A stretch of DNA of 60,255 nucleotides from assembly GCA_018716045.1 (NCBI GenBank), contig DVKL01000079.1, positions 1-60,255 on the forward strand, in the 5' to 3' direction. Of this stretch, positions 16,277 through 27,374 are shown in pieces. The notes below the pieces were generated by a model. That model was not told the origin of the DNA, ran no database searches, and was given only the letters and a program-made list of their open reading frames with translations. Position 1 is the stretch's first letter. Each line of letters opens with the position of its first letter. The position numbers and the translations under genes are program-made. Source of the DNA: Candidatus Faecimonas intestinavium (lineage in GTDB: Bacteria > Bacillota_I > Bacilli_A > RF39 > UBA660).

Positions 16277-16801
16277 ATGGAAAAAGAAAATCATGGGGCA
16301 TTAACTTTTTTAGGAGTAGTAATGATTCTTTATGGATTAACATATGCCGTATTAGGAACATTAAGCTTAGCTGGAACAATTACAGGCGTTTTGCCAGGAC
16401 ACGAAAAGCAAGAAATCATAGTAATAGTGCTATCCTATATGATTACACTAATTTCTCTAATTGGTGGGGTTGCTAGTATTAAAGGAAAATATAAAAGTGC
16501 AAAGACAATTGGAATTATTTTTGCAATCGTTGGATTAGCATCATTAATATCTAACCAATTAACTCAAGACATGTTTAACAGTTTTGACTGCATTGCGATG
16601 GTATTAGGTGCTGGAATTTTCTACCTAGCATCAGCAGCAGAAATTAGACACAAAGAATTAGAAAAAGCTAGAGCAAGACAAAAACAAAAGAAAGCAAAAG
16701 AAGCTACTAAAAAAGAAGAAAGGAAAAAGCCTTCAACAAAAAAAACTACTACAAAGAAAAGCACAACAAAAACAACAAAACAAAATAAAAAAGAAAAGTA
16801 A
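16277..16801 (+). CDS. Membrane protein (4 predicted TM helices) with a Lys-rich C-terminal tail
   Basis: ATG 16277 is preferred, with SD AGAGGTG 7 nt upstream. Four hydrophobic helices are followed by RARQKQKKAKEATKKEERKKPSTKKTTTKKSTTKTTKQNKKEK. Confidence 0.6.
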   Translation: MEKENHGALTFLGVVMILYGLTYAVLGTLSLAGTITGVLPGHEKQEIIVIVLSYMITLISLIGGVASIKGKYKSAKTIGIIFAIVGLASLISNQLTQDMFNSFDCIAMVLGAGIFYLASAAEIRHKELEKARARQKQKKAKEATKKEERKKPSTKKTTTKKSTTKTTKQNKKEK

Positions 16802-16819
16802 AAAATTACTTTTCTTTTT

Positions 16820-17260
16820 TTAGCCATAATTTTTAATATTACGTAAGGCTTCTCTTTTCATATCACGTTCTTTAATAGATTCTCGTTTATCATAATCTTT
16901 CTTTCCTCGGCAAACACCTAAAGAAACTTTTAAAATATTATCTTTAAAATATAATTTAATAGGAATCAAAGTTAACCCTTTCATTTGTACAGCATCTTCT
17001 AGTTTTTTTATTTCTTTTTTATGAAGCAATAATTTACGATTTCTAGTTTCTTCATGATTAAATAAATTACCTTCTTTGTATGGAGAAACAAACATATTTA
17101 AAAGATATACCTCATGGTCACGTATAATTCCATAACAATCCTTGATATTGCAATTACCTTGACGTATAGATTTAATTTCTGTACCAGTTAAAACAATTCC
17201 TGCTTCATACACTTCGTCAATAAAATAATCATGATATACTTTTCTATTTAAAATTTCCAC
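16820..17260 (-). CDS. smpB: SsrA-binding protein
   Basis: VYHDYFI..YEAGIVLTGTEIKSIR...RKLLLHKKEI is diagnostic for SmpB. Confidence 0.93.
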   Translation of the reverse strand: MEILNRKVYHDYFIDEVYEAGIVLTGTEIKSIRQGNCNIKDCYGIIRDHEVYLLNMFVSPYKEGNLFNHEETRNRKLLLHKKEIKKLEDAVQMKGLTLIPIKLYFKDNILKVSLGVCRGKKDYDKRESIKERDMKREALRNIKNYG

Positions 17261-17264
17261 TTAA

Positions 17265-18458
17265 TCAACTCCTACTAAGTCCCCAGACAAGTTCTGGATA
17301 ACGAGAACTAACAACACTTTTATACTCATCATAATAACTTTGATAATCCGAAAGAATAGAACCATCCAACTTAGAATAAGGGTAAACTTTAAAATTTCGC
17401 TTACCGCCATAATTAGAATGTGTATAAATAAGCTCCGCCTTAGGACTATCTACAGAAACAGTAATATCTTCTTCCGTTTCTACTTTATTTATTGTAACTT
17501 CCATCATCAAACCTGTCAATCTTTCAACACCAACTTGATCAGAAATAAAATTTCCTAAAGAATAAATAACTAAAGTTTTTCCATCATTAATATATTCTAT
17601 AGGCTCCACGACATGTGGATGTGTTCCAATAATAAGCTGTACCCCTAAAGATGACAAATAATTAGCAATTTCAACTTGCTCATCAGAGACTCCCATAGAA
17701 TACTCGGTACCCCAATGCATCGCAACAATAATAATATCCACTTGTCCTTTAACCTTATCGATATCATTTTTAGCCTTCTCTGGAGTATAAACATTACTTA
17801 AATATTCTTTTCCAACCGGTGTTTCTAAACCGTTTGTCCAAGTTGTATATGAAAAGAAAGCATACTTAATACCATTACACTCATAAATACGAGTTTTATC
17901 CCTTTCCTCCCAAGAAGTACGTTGTCCATCCCAGATAACATCTTTTTTAGTAGACCAATAATTAACAGAATGAATAACCCCTGCCTCTCCTTTATCCATA
18001 GTATGATTTGTTGCTAGAGAAACAAGATTAAAACCCGCATCAATAAATGCATCTCCTACTTCATCTGGAGAATTAAACTGCGGATAATTAGAATAACCCA
18101 GATTAGCACCGCCTAAAATAGTTTCCTGATTATAATAAGCAATATCATAGGTAGAAGAAATAGGTTTAATATACTCTAGCATCGGCTTAAAATCATAAGA
18201 ATTAGCAGCTACTTTTGCATCTTCATAAATAGAGCTATGTATAAGCGCATCACCCACCATAAACAAATCAAAACTATATCGCTTAGGATACTCTTCGTTT
18301 TTTATAACATTTTTATCCTGTTGCTTTGAAACATCTTTAGAACGAAATAAAAAAAAGTTAAAAAGACAAAAACTTGTACTAATAAGAACTAATAAAATCC
18401 CGCAAAGAATAAATATTTTTCCACCACGTTTTAATCTTCTAACTTTTCTCACTACCAT
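17265..18458 (-). CDS. CapA-family (PGA_cap) metallophosphatase-like membrane-anchored protein
   Basis: N-terminal TM helix. Motifs include FMVGDALIHSSIY, ATNHTMDKG, VAMHWGTEY and IIGTHPHVV. It sits 1 nt after the rnr stop and 4 nt before the smpB start. Confidence 0.7.
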   Translation of the reverse strand: MVVRKVRRLKRGGKIFILCGILLVLISTSFCLFNFFLFRSKDVSKQQDKNVIKNEEYPKRYSFDLFMVGDALIHSSIYEDAKVAANSYDFKPMLEYIKPISSTYDIAYYNQETILGGANLGYSNYPQFNSPDEVGDAFIDAGFNLVSLATNHTMDKGEAGVIHSVNYWSTKKDVIWDGQRTSWEERDKTRIYECNGIKYAFFSYTTWTNGLETPVGKEYLSNVYTPEKAKNDIDKVKGQVDIIIVAMHWGTEYSMGVSDEQVEIANYLSSLGVQLIIGTHPHVVEPIEYINDGKTLVIYSLGNFISDQVGVERLTGLMMEVTINKVETEEDITVSVDSPKAELIYTHSNYGGKRNFKVYPYSKLDGSILSDYQSYYDEYKSVVSSRYPELVWGLSRS

Positions 18459-18459
18459 A

Positions 18460-20568
18460 CTACAACTTCCTTATTATCTCAAAATCAATCGTCTTCTCCT
18501 CTTTAGAAGCACGAACTACTTTGACTAATACTCTCTCACCAATTGTATATTTTACATGACTTCTTTCACCAGTTAAAGTCATATGCTCTTCATCATAATG
18601 AAAAAAGTCTTTCATATCACGAAGAGGAACTAACCCCTCAATTAAATTATCAAGTTCGATAAACATCCCGAAACTAGTAACAGAAGATATCATACCCTCA
18701 TATTCCTCTCCAATATGATCCTCCATATATTCTGCCATCTTCATATCTTCTACTTCTCTTTCACAATCAACACTCGCTCTCTCACGATCAGAAGAATGTT
18801 CAGAAATATAAACTAATTTTTGCTCCCATTTACGAATAGTACCCATATCTAATTCTTTATTAAATAAATACGTCCTAAGCAAGCGATGTACCGTTGTATC
18901 AGGATATCTTCTTATAGGTGAAGTAAAGTGGGTATAACATTGACTAGCCAAACCATAATGTCCTAAATTTTCTGGTCGATAAACAGCTTTTTGCATGCTT
19001 CTAAGTAAAAGACTAGATAATATCTTAAACTCAGGTTTATCTTCCAAATATTTAATAATTCTTTGGACAGTTTTAGGGCTAGTATCTTTTAAATCACCAG
19101 GAACCTGATATCCAAGACTACCAACAAAACTCAAATAACTACGTAACTTTTCCTCTTTTGGCACTTCATGTACACGATAAATAAAAGGTAACGACATAAA
19201 ATAAATATGTGTCGCAACGCACTCATTAGCAGCAATCATAAAGTCTTCGATTAACTTCTCTCCAGTTCCTCTATCTCGAAGAATAATCTCAGTAGGTTTA
19301 CAATTCTCATCCACTAATATTTTAGGTTCATCTACTTCAAAATCAATATAACCACGTTTTACTTTCATCTTTCTCAATATATCTGCAAGCTCTGCCATTA
19401 AACGTAAAGATTGTTCATATGGCTCATATCCCTCAGGAATATTATTATCTTCCAAAATACTATTTACCTTCTTATAAGTCATTTGGATTCGTGAACGGAT
19501 TACACTAGGAAAAATTTCATAATCCAATTGTCTTCCATCATGATCAAATTCCATCACACAAGAAATAGCTAAACGATCTACATTAGGATTCAAAGAACAA
19601 ATTCCATTAGAAAGTTCATGAGGAAGCATTGGAATAACACGATCTACTAAATAAACACTAGTACCACGTTCCATTGCTTCATTATCTAATGGACTTTCCT
19701 CTTTTACATAATAGCTAACATCAGCAATATGAACACCTAATTTATAATGACCATTACTCATCTTCTCAATAGAAATAGCGTCATCAATATCTTTCGTATC
19801 ATCCCCATCAATAGTAAAAATTTCCATATTACGCAAATCTCTACGACCAATCATATCAATATCACGAACTTCCATAGGAAGAGTCTTTACCTCTTCTTTT
19901 ACATCAACAGGGAACTCAGTATTAATTTTATACTTATAAACAATAGATAAAATATCAACACCAGGATCATTTTTATGGCCTATAATTTCTACAACCTTAC
20001 CAGAATATCTTAAATTATTATTAAGTTTCTTTAAAAGTTCAACTACTACTTTATGACCATCAACTGCGTTTAGAGAATCCTCTTTTGCTACTTCGATATT
20101 TAATTTAATCTTAGAATCATCTAAAGTAATATGACCTTTACCCTTAGAATCAAAATTAATCTCACCAATATATCTTTCAACTTGTCTCTTTATTACTTTT
20201 AAAATACGACCCTCTAATCGATCTAAATTCATTTTACTAGTAATTTCAACCAAAACAATATCATCGTGAATTGCACCATTCATATTTTCAGGAGCAATAT
20301 AGACATCATCTTCCATATTTTCAATTTCAACAAAACCAAAACCTTTTTTATTAGCTCTCAAAGTTCCTTTTCTTAAGTGACTATCTTCAAGCATCATATA
20401 TCTTCCTTTATTAGAACAATAAATAACTACTTCTTCCTCTAATACTCGAAGCTCATCACTTAACTTTTTTACTTCATCAACATCATGCAAATCTAACTTT
20501 TCTTGCAACTCATAAATAGTAAGAGCCTTATCACTATTTTTTAATATATTTATAATATCATCTTTCAT
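18460..20568 (-). CDS. rnr: Ribonuclease R
   Basis: RNB catalytic region (FTIDGDDTKDIDDAIS, HIADVSYYV, FTSPIRRYPD) and a C-terminal S1 domain. ATG 20568 is preferred, after SD GAAGGTGAT. Confidence 0.92.
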   Translation of the reverse strand: MKDDIINILKNSDKALTIYELQEKLDLHDVDEVKKLSDELRVLEEEVVIYCSNKGRYMMLEDSHLRKGTLRANKKGFGFVEIENMEDDVYIAPENMNGAIHDDIVLVEITSKMNLDRLEGRILKVIKRQVERYIGEINFDSKGKGHITLDDSKIKLNIEVAKEDSLNAVDGHKVVVELLKKLNNNLRYSGKVVEIIGHKNDPGVDILSIVYKYKINTEFPVDVKEEVKTLPMEVRDIDMIGRRDLRNMEIFTIDGDDTKDIDDAISIEKMSNGHYKLGVHIADVSYYVKEESPLDNEAMERGTSVYLVDRVIPMLPHELSNGICSLNPNVDRLAISCVMEFDHDGRQLDYEIFPSVIRSRIQMTYKKVNSILEDNNIPEGYEPYEQSLRLMAELADILRKMKVKRGYIDFEVDEPKILVDENCKPTEIILRDRGTGEKLIEDFMIAANECVATHIYFMSLPFIYRVHEVPKEEKLRSYLSFVGSLGYQVPGDLKDTSPKTVQRIIKYLEDKPEFKILSSLLLRSMQKAVYRPENLGHYGLASQCYTHFTSPIRRYPDTTVHRLLRTYLFNKELDMGTIRKWEQKLVYISEHSSDRERASVDCEREVEDMKMAEYMEDHIGEEYEGMISSVTSFGMFIELDNLIEGLVPLRDMKDFFHYDEEHMTLTGERSHVKYTIGERVLVKVVRASKEEKTIDFEIIRKL

Positions 20569-20633
20569 TAGTATCACCTTCTATCTTTATTATACCTTAT
20601 TTTTATCCATATAACTAGAAATATTTACATATG

Positions 20634-20656
20634 AAAAAAAGACTCTGTAAAGAGCC
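20634..20656 (-). terminator. Intrinsic terminator after secG
   Basis: Minus-strand RNA forms GGCUCU-UUAC-AGAGUC (one G-U) followed by UUUUUUU. Confidence 0.55.
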
Positions 20657-20664
20657 TTAATAAC

Positions 20665-20880
20665 CTATATAAACATAGATACTAAACAAATAATAAAAAA
20701 CGCTAATCCTAATACCCAAGTAAGACGAGTAATAACTAACTCAGATCCTCTTTCCTTACGATGCGTAAACAATTCAGAAGTACTTCCAGAAATAATTTGA
20801 GCCGCACCTTCCGCTTTACTACTTTGTAATAGAACAATCACAATAAGTAAAATTGATATAATTAAGAGCGCTGTCTCCAT
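20665..20880 (-). CDS. secG: Preprotein translocase subunit SecG
   Basis: 71 aa with two TM helices and the LLQSSKAEG motif. It lies upstream of rnr, as in Bacillus. Confidence 0.85.
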   Translation of the reverse strand: METALLIISILLIVIVLLQSSKAEGAAQIISGSTSELFTHRKERGSELVITRLTWVLGLAFFIICLVSMFI

Positions 20881-21024
20881 AGCACACCTCCGTTAACAAT
20901 ACCAATATAATACCATAGTTTTTTATTTATTGCAACTAACAGAATAAAGTTCCCTATACAACCAATAAAAATCTATAATCATCCAATATAATTTTTATAT
21001 TCATAAGATTAAATAAGAAAAATT

Positions 21025-22701
21025 TTAAATTTTTTCTAAAAGCATACTTACTTCAACTTCTAAAACATCAGAAGAATTTCTTTCTTTATACTCAACAATA
21101 CCCTCGCTTGCTTTTCTACCAACAGTAATTCTCTTAGGAATACCAATCAAATCCATATCTTTAAACTTAACACCTGCTCGTAAGTCTCGATTGTCTAAAA
21201 GAACTTCTAAACCACGAGACTGTAATTCACGATAAATTTCTTCAGCTAATGCAACCTGAACATCATCTTTCGCATTAGCAATCACAATTGCTACATCATA
21301 TGGAGCTAGTTCATTAGAGAACATAATACCATTATCATCATGATGTTGCTCGACATAAGCAGCTAGAATTCTAGCAATTCCAATTCCATAACATCCCATA
21401 ACAACAGGTTTTAATTGATTATCTTGATCAGTATAATATAATCCTAAAGATTCGGAATATTTAGTACCAAGTTTAAAAGTATTACCAACTTCAATTCCTT
21501 TCTTAAAGTGCAACTTCCCTCCACAATGAGGACAAACATCATCTTCAGTAACCATTCTAAGGTCAGCCACCTGATCATACTGAAAATCTTTTAAATTAAC
21601 ATTAATATAGTGGTAATCAGACTTATTGGCACCAACTAAAAAGTTTTTCATAGACAAAAGTTCATAATCTATAATAACAGGAATATCCAAATCAATAGGA
21701 CCTGCAAATCCTACTTTTGCATGAGTTATTTCTTCGTCCTCCTCTGGCGTTGCCATAACTACTTCTTTTGCTTTTAATAGTTTAACAATTTTAGCTTCAT
21801 TTAATTCTCTATCACCCCGAATTAAAAAAGCATAAAACTTTCCATCAACTTTGTAGATAAGTGTCTTTACTGTATCAACAGGCTCAATCTTATATTGATC
21901 ATATAAATCTTGTATAGTACCAACATTAGGAGTGTGAAGTAACTCTTTTTCTTTTTCAATTACATCATTAGAAACATGAGATTCCATACATTCACAAACT
22001 TCTATATTAGTAGCATAGCCACAATCATCACAAATTACTAAAACATCTTCGCCAATATCGCAAATGGCTTGGAATTCTTCAGATAAACTTCCTCCCATCG
22101 CGCCTGTATCAGCTTGAACTACTTCATAAGTAAGACCAAGTCTTTGAAATATCTTATGATAAGCATGAAACATTGCTTGATAAGCCTTAGAAAGATCTTC
22201 TTCATCTTTATCAAAAGTATACGCATCTTTCATAACAAATTCACGTGTACGAATTAATCCATAACGACTTCTAGGTTCATCTCTATACTTATTAGCAATC
22301 TGATATAAACTAAGTGGCATATCTTTATGAGATTGAATCACGTCTTTAGCAACTTCAACAAACAACTCCTCATGAGTAGGGCCTAATACATAACGTCTAT
22401 CATAACGGTCAGACAAATGAAACATATCATCACCAAAAGCTTCTACTCGACCACTTTTTGCATAAAGTTCTTCCGGAAGGATACTGGGCATTACTAATTC
22501 ATTAGAAGAAATCGCGTCCATTTCTTCTCTAACAACATTTTCAATTTTCTTAAGAACACGAAGTCCCATAGGTAAAAAAGTATAAATACCACTACCTACT
22601 TTCTTAATCATTCCAGCACGAACTAATAAATTCGCACTAACACTTTCCTCATCTTTTACATCTTCTTTTTGTGTAAAAAAATAATTTCCTTGTAATTTCA
22701 T
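21025..22701 (-). CDS. proS: Prolyl-tRNA synthetase (bacterial type with INS editing domain)
   Basis: Class II motifs (YQIANKYRDEPRSRYGLIRTREF, GCYGIGIARILA) and an internal insertion of about 180 aa. A Pro T-box lies upstream. Confidence 0.92.
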   Translation of the reverse strand: MKLQGNYFFTQKEDVKDEESVSANLLVRAGMIKKVGSGIYTFLPMGLRVLKKIENVVREEMDAISSNELVMPSILPEELYAKSGRVEAFGDDMFHLSDRYDRRYVLGPTHEELFVEVAKDVIQSHKDMPLSLYQIANKYRDEPRSRYGLIRTREFVMKDAYTFDKDEEDLSKAYQAMFHAYHKIFQRLGLTYEVVQADTGAMGGSLSEEFQAICDIGEDVLVICDDCGYATNIEVCECMESHVSNDVIEKEKELLHTPNVGTIQDLYDQYKIEPVDTVKTLIYKVDGKFYAFLIRGDRELNEAKIVKLLKAKEVVMATPEEDEEITHAKVGFAGPIDLDIPVIIDYELLSMKNFLVGANKSDYHYINVNLKDFQYDQVADLRMVTEDDVCPHCGGKLHFKKGIEVGNTFKLGTKYSESLGLYYTDQDNQLKPVVMGCYGIGIARILAAYVEQHHDDNGIMFSNELAPYDVAIVIANAKDDVQVALAEEIYRELQSRGLEVLLDNRDLRAGVKFKDMDLIGIPKRITVGRKASEGIVEYKERNSSDVLEVEVSMLLEKI

Positions 22702-22714
22702 AATATCCCTCCTA

Positions 22715-22935
22715 ATAAAAAAGAATGATACCCAAGGAGTGCATATAGCACGGTACCATCCTTTATTACTTAATTATTTAACGGTTAACACCGGAAGCAA
22801 AACTTCACCTAGAAAGGTAGGAATATAACTAGATTATAATTGAGTTCACACTATCCTCAAATCACTGATATAAGAGCTAATTATATTATGGTCTTTCCAT
22901 TGGTTTTAAACGATTACAAATAGAATAATATAAGA
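22715..22935 (-). promoter_or_regulatory. T-box leader, probable Pro specifier (CCU)
   Basis: The minus strand carries AAAGGAUGGUACCGUGCUAUAUGCACUCCU (plus-strand coordinates 22740-22769). The terminator ends in UUUUUU at 22722-22717. Candidate specifier CCU-A is at 22821-22818. Confidence 0.8.
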
Positions 22936-22964
22936 AAAACAAATTGTCAATAAAAAAAGAGTTA

Positions 22965-24215
<1,251 letters not shown>

Positions 24216-24231
24216 CTAATCCCATTGGATT

Positions 24232-25584
24232 TTAACTATTTTTTAATGCTTTAACGCAATCTTTAAACTCAGCACCTCGAATTTCACACTCTTTATATTG
24301 ATCCCAAGAAGCTGAGGCAGGACTTAATAAAATTACATCTCCAGAATCAGAAACTTCATAACATTTTTGAAACCCATCTCTTAAAAACTCATAACTATAA
24401 ACAGGAATTTTCATGGTATCAGCAAACTGAACGACTCTATCACGACACTCCCCTATCGCAACAATACATTTTACATGTGCTAAATAATCAGAAAGTTCAA
24501 AAAAGTCTTGACCGCGTTCTAAACCACCTAAAATCAAAATCGTAGGTTCATCAAAAGATGCTAAAGCAATTTGTGTACACTTAATATTTGTAGCTTCTGT
24601 ATCATTATAAAACTTTCGTCCATTAACAGTATCAACATACTCTAAACGATGCTCAACACCTTTAAAATTACGTACTACTTGACGAATAATATCATCAGAA
24701 ATTTTTAACTCCTTAGCTACCATAACTGCAGCCATTACATTTTCTACATTATGAATTCCAGCAATACGAATATCATCGCGACTCAATATTTTTTTATCAT
24801 AATAATAAATATCTCTACCATCTAAGTAACAACCATTAATAGAGTTTTCACTAGAAAAGAATTTTTTAGTAGATAAGATTCGTTTAGTCTCATCTAAAAC
24901 ATCTGCATTTTCAACATTCAATATCGCAACATCGTCTTTAGTCTGATTCTGAAATAGCTTAGCCTTAGCTTTCTTATAAACTTCATAACTACCGAAAAAA
25001 TCAATATGAGCAGGACTTAAATTAGTCATCACTGCAATATTGGGATGAAATGCAGATAAGTTGGCTAGTTGTTGACAAGAAACCTCCATCACTACTACAT
25101 CGCCCTCTTTCAACTCCCTTAAAACACCAGAAAGGGGAAAACCTATATTGCCAGCTAAAAAAGCCCTATCTCCAAATGCCTCTTTTACAATAGCATAAGT
25201 AAGAGAAGTAGTTGTAGTCTTACCATTAGTACCTGTAATACCAATAAGCGTAACATTCTTAGGAAATAAACGATAAGCCATTTCCACTTCATTAATTACT
25301 TCTATTCCTAATTCTCTAGCCTTAAGCACATACTTATGGTGGATAGGAACACCAGGATTCTTAATGAGATAATCAAAAGTAGAATCAAGTAAATCATCAG
25401 GATGAGAGCCAAAAACAAATTCCACTCCTAGCTCTCTCAATTCCTTAACTTTTTCTGCATCTTGTAGCTCCTCTTGCTTACTATCATTTAAAACAACTTG
25501 ATTTCCTCTTTGTATCAAAAACTTCGCAGCCTCATAACCGCTTCTAGCAAATCCTAAAATTAAAATCTTTTGATTTTCAAACAT
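24232..25584 (-). CDS. murD: UDP-N-acetylmuramoylalanine--D-glutamate ligase
   Basis: N-terminal Rossmann motif ILILGFARSG and Mur ligase P-loop GITGTNGKTTT. The overall layout matches MurD. Confidence 0.88.
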   Translation of the reverse strand: MFENQKILILGFARSGYEAAKFLIQRGNQVVLNDSKQEELQDAEKVKELRELGVEFVFGSHPDDLLDSTFDYLIKNPGVPIHHKYVLKARELGIEVINEVEMAYRLFPKNVTLIGITGTNGKTTTTSLTYAIVKEAFGDRAFLAGNIGFPLSGVLRELKEGDVVVMEVSCQQLANLSAFHPNIAVMTNLSPAHIDFFGSYEVYKKAKAKLFQNQTKDDVAILNVENADVLDETKRILSTKKFFSSENSINGCYLDGRDIYYYDKKILSRDDIRIAGIHNVENVMAAVMVAKELKISDDIIRQVVRNFKGVEHRLEYVDTVNGRKFYNDTEATNIKCTQIALASFDEPTILILGGLERGQDFFELSDYLAHVKCIVAIGECRDRVVQFADTMKIPVYSYEFLRDGFQKCYEVSDSGDVILLSPASASWDQYKECEIRGAEFKDCVKALKNS

Positions 25585-25647
25585 AATATCACCAATATAA
25601 GTATACTATAAAGGAGAAATTTTGACTACCGAAATCTAGAGAATATA

Positions 25648-25677
25648 TTGAAAGAACTGGCAAAGCTATGATATAAT
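25648..25677 (+). promoter_or_regulatory. Promoter of the femAB-family gene
   Basis: TTGAAA, 18-nt spacer, TG-A-TATAAT (extended -10), about 25 nt upstream of the ATG. Confidence 0.5.
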
Positions 25678-25701
25678 GAACAGAGAATAGGAGAAGCGTC
25701 T

Positions 25702-26940
25702 ATGAAGATTGTAACCATTACCCCTGAACAATTTGATAGATATGCCAGTAAGCACAGATATCGTAATTATTATCAAACATCTGTCTATGGTAATACTATG
25801 AGAAAATTTGGTTTTAATATCCATTTTTTAGGTATTGCAGACGACTCCAACACTTTAATAGGAGCATCACTAATTATCTACCGCGAAGTATTTATGGGAC
25901 ATAAAATTGCATATGCACCTAGAGGAATTTTATTTAACTATGATAATCCAACACAACTACAAGAACTTGCAGAAAAACTAAAAAAGGTCTTAGGAAAGCA
26001 AGGATTCATGCTATTAAAAATAGATCCCTATATTCCATCAACCATTAGAGACCATGAAGGAAATATTATGAATTTTAATAATCAAGTAAATCTAATCATG
26101 GCAAATTTACAAAATGCTGGTTTTGTTCATCAAGGAAGAACTTTATTCTTTGAAGGAGAAAAACCAAGATGGGAAGCCTTAGTACTACTAAATAAAGACA
26201 TTAGAAGCCTATTTAATAGTTTTGACAAAAGAACTAGACATAAAATAAGAAAAGCTGCAAACTGCGGAATTGAATGTTATAAAGATCCAAGTAAAAACTT
26301 AAATACACTATATAATTTTGTAAAAAGAAAAACACCAAAACCCATTGAATTTTATAGAGAATTAGTAAGCAACTTTGGAGATAATGCTGAAGTATATTAT
26401 GGTAGAATTAACACTGAAGTATATGTAATCAATAGTAGAAAAGCATACGAAAGAGAAATGGAAAAAAACGACAGAATAGCCGAAAAAATACAGCAAATAG
26501 ATATTTCTCCAGAAATGAAAAATGCTCTTTTAAATAAAAAAATGGAATCAGATAAATTATTAAATACCTACAAAAATAGTATGGTTCAAGCTACAGAATT
26601 ATTAAAACAACATCCAAATGGAATTGTTGTAGCTGGAGCAATTGTAATAAAATACGATAACTCAGCATTCTTGTATATTGATGGATTTGATACAAACTAT
26701 TCAAGCTTAAATCCTAATTATCTACTAAAATGGCGTATGATAGACGATTACAATAAACAACATTTAAAATATTTAAATCTGAATGCCATAGTAGGAGAAT
26801 TTGAAAGAAAAAATAAGTTTAGCGGATTAAATGAAATGAAATTAGGATATAATTCAACTATTACCGAATACATTGGGGAATTTGATATTGTATTAAATAA
26901 CTTTTCATACAACTTATATAAGAGTTTCGGAAAAAAATAA
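25702..26940 (+). CDS. FemAB-family peptidoglycan interpeptide-bridge aminoacyltransferase
   Basis: 412 aa. The N-terminal region (FDRYASKH...YYQTSVYG, IAYAPRGILF) and a central coiled-coil insertion are typical of FemX/MurM proteins. It is divergent from murD. Confidence 0.75.
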   Translation: MKIVTITPEQFDRYASKHRYRNYYQTSVYGNTMRKFGFNIHFLGIADDSNTLIGASLIIYREVFMGHKIAYAPRGILFNYDNPTQLQELAEKLKKVLGKQGFMLLKIDPYIPSTIRDHEGNIMNFNNQVNLIMANLQNAGFVHQGRTLFFEGEKPRWEALVLLNKDIRSLFNSFDKRTRHKIRKAANCGIECYKDPSKNLNTLYNFVKRKTPKPIEFYRELVSNFGDNAEVYYGRINTEVYVINSRKAYEREMEKNDRIAEKIQQIDISPEMKNALLNKKMESDKLLNTYKNSMVQATELLKQHPNGIVVAGAIVIKYDNSAFLYIDGFDTNYSSLNPNYLLKWRMIDDYNKQHLKYLNLNAIVGEFERKNKFSGLNEMKLGYNSTITEYIGEFDIVLNNFSYNLYKSFGKK

Positions 26941-26962
26941 ACAACAAAACTAGGGGGATAAA

Positions 26963-27349
26963 ATGAAAAAGACAGTAGTAGTACTCTGTGGAAGTATGAA
27001 AGTAAAAGACGAAATAATAAAAATAAAAGATGAATTAGAAAAAAAAAACTACAAAGTATTATTACCTATCGAATGCATGCAAGGATTGCCAAAAGAAATA
27101 GCCTCACGTGCCCATTTTGATAGAATTCAAGATAAAAAAACAGATATCGTTTTAATAGTAAACGCAACAAAAAACGGAATAAAAAACTACATTGGACCTA
27201 ATTCATTTGCCGAAATAGCATTTGCTTTCTATTTTAAAAAAGAAATATATGTTTTAAATGACTATTATGAGCCCTATCTAGATGAATTAGAAGGCTGGAA
27301 AGTAAAAGAATTACATGGAAATTTAGATAATATTAAAAAGATTGATTAA
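26963..27349 (+). CDS. Small Rossmann-like protein, possibly of the nucleoside 2-deoxyribosyltransferase-like superfamily
   Basis: 128 aa. The N-terminal VVVLCGSMK strand-loop and a late acidic residue (FAEIAFA) resemble that fold. Weak assignment. Confidence 0.3.
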   Translation: MKKTVVVLCGSMKVKDEIIKIKDELEKKNYKVLLPIECMQGLPKEIASRAHFDRIQDKKTDIVLIVNATKNGIKNYIGPNSFAEIAFAFYFKKEIYVLNDYYEPYLDELEGWKVKELHGNLDNIKKID

Positions 27350-27374
27350 TATCAATCTTTTATTTTTTGCAATA

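Noticed and set aside
13590-17558. Antisense or alternative-frame ORFs inside thrS, the GNAT gene, the AIM24 gene, the four-TM gene and capA (13590-13859, 14139-14336, 14915-15124, 15049-15321, 15571-15804, 15805-16074, 16621-16827, 17340-17558).
   Set aside because: The reasoning is the same: they are embedded in better-supported genes and lack translation signals.
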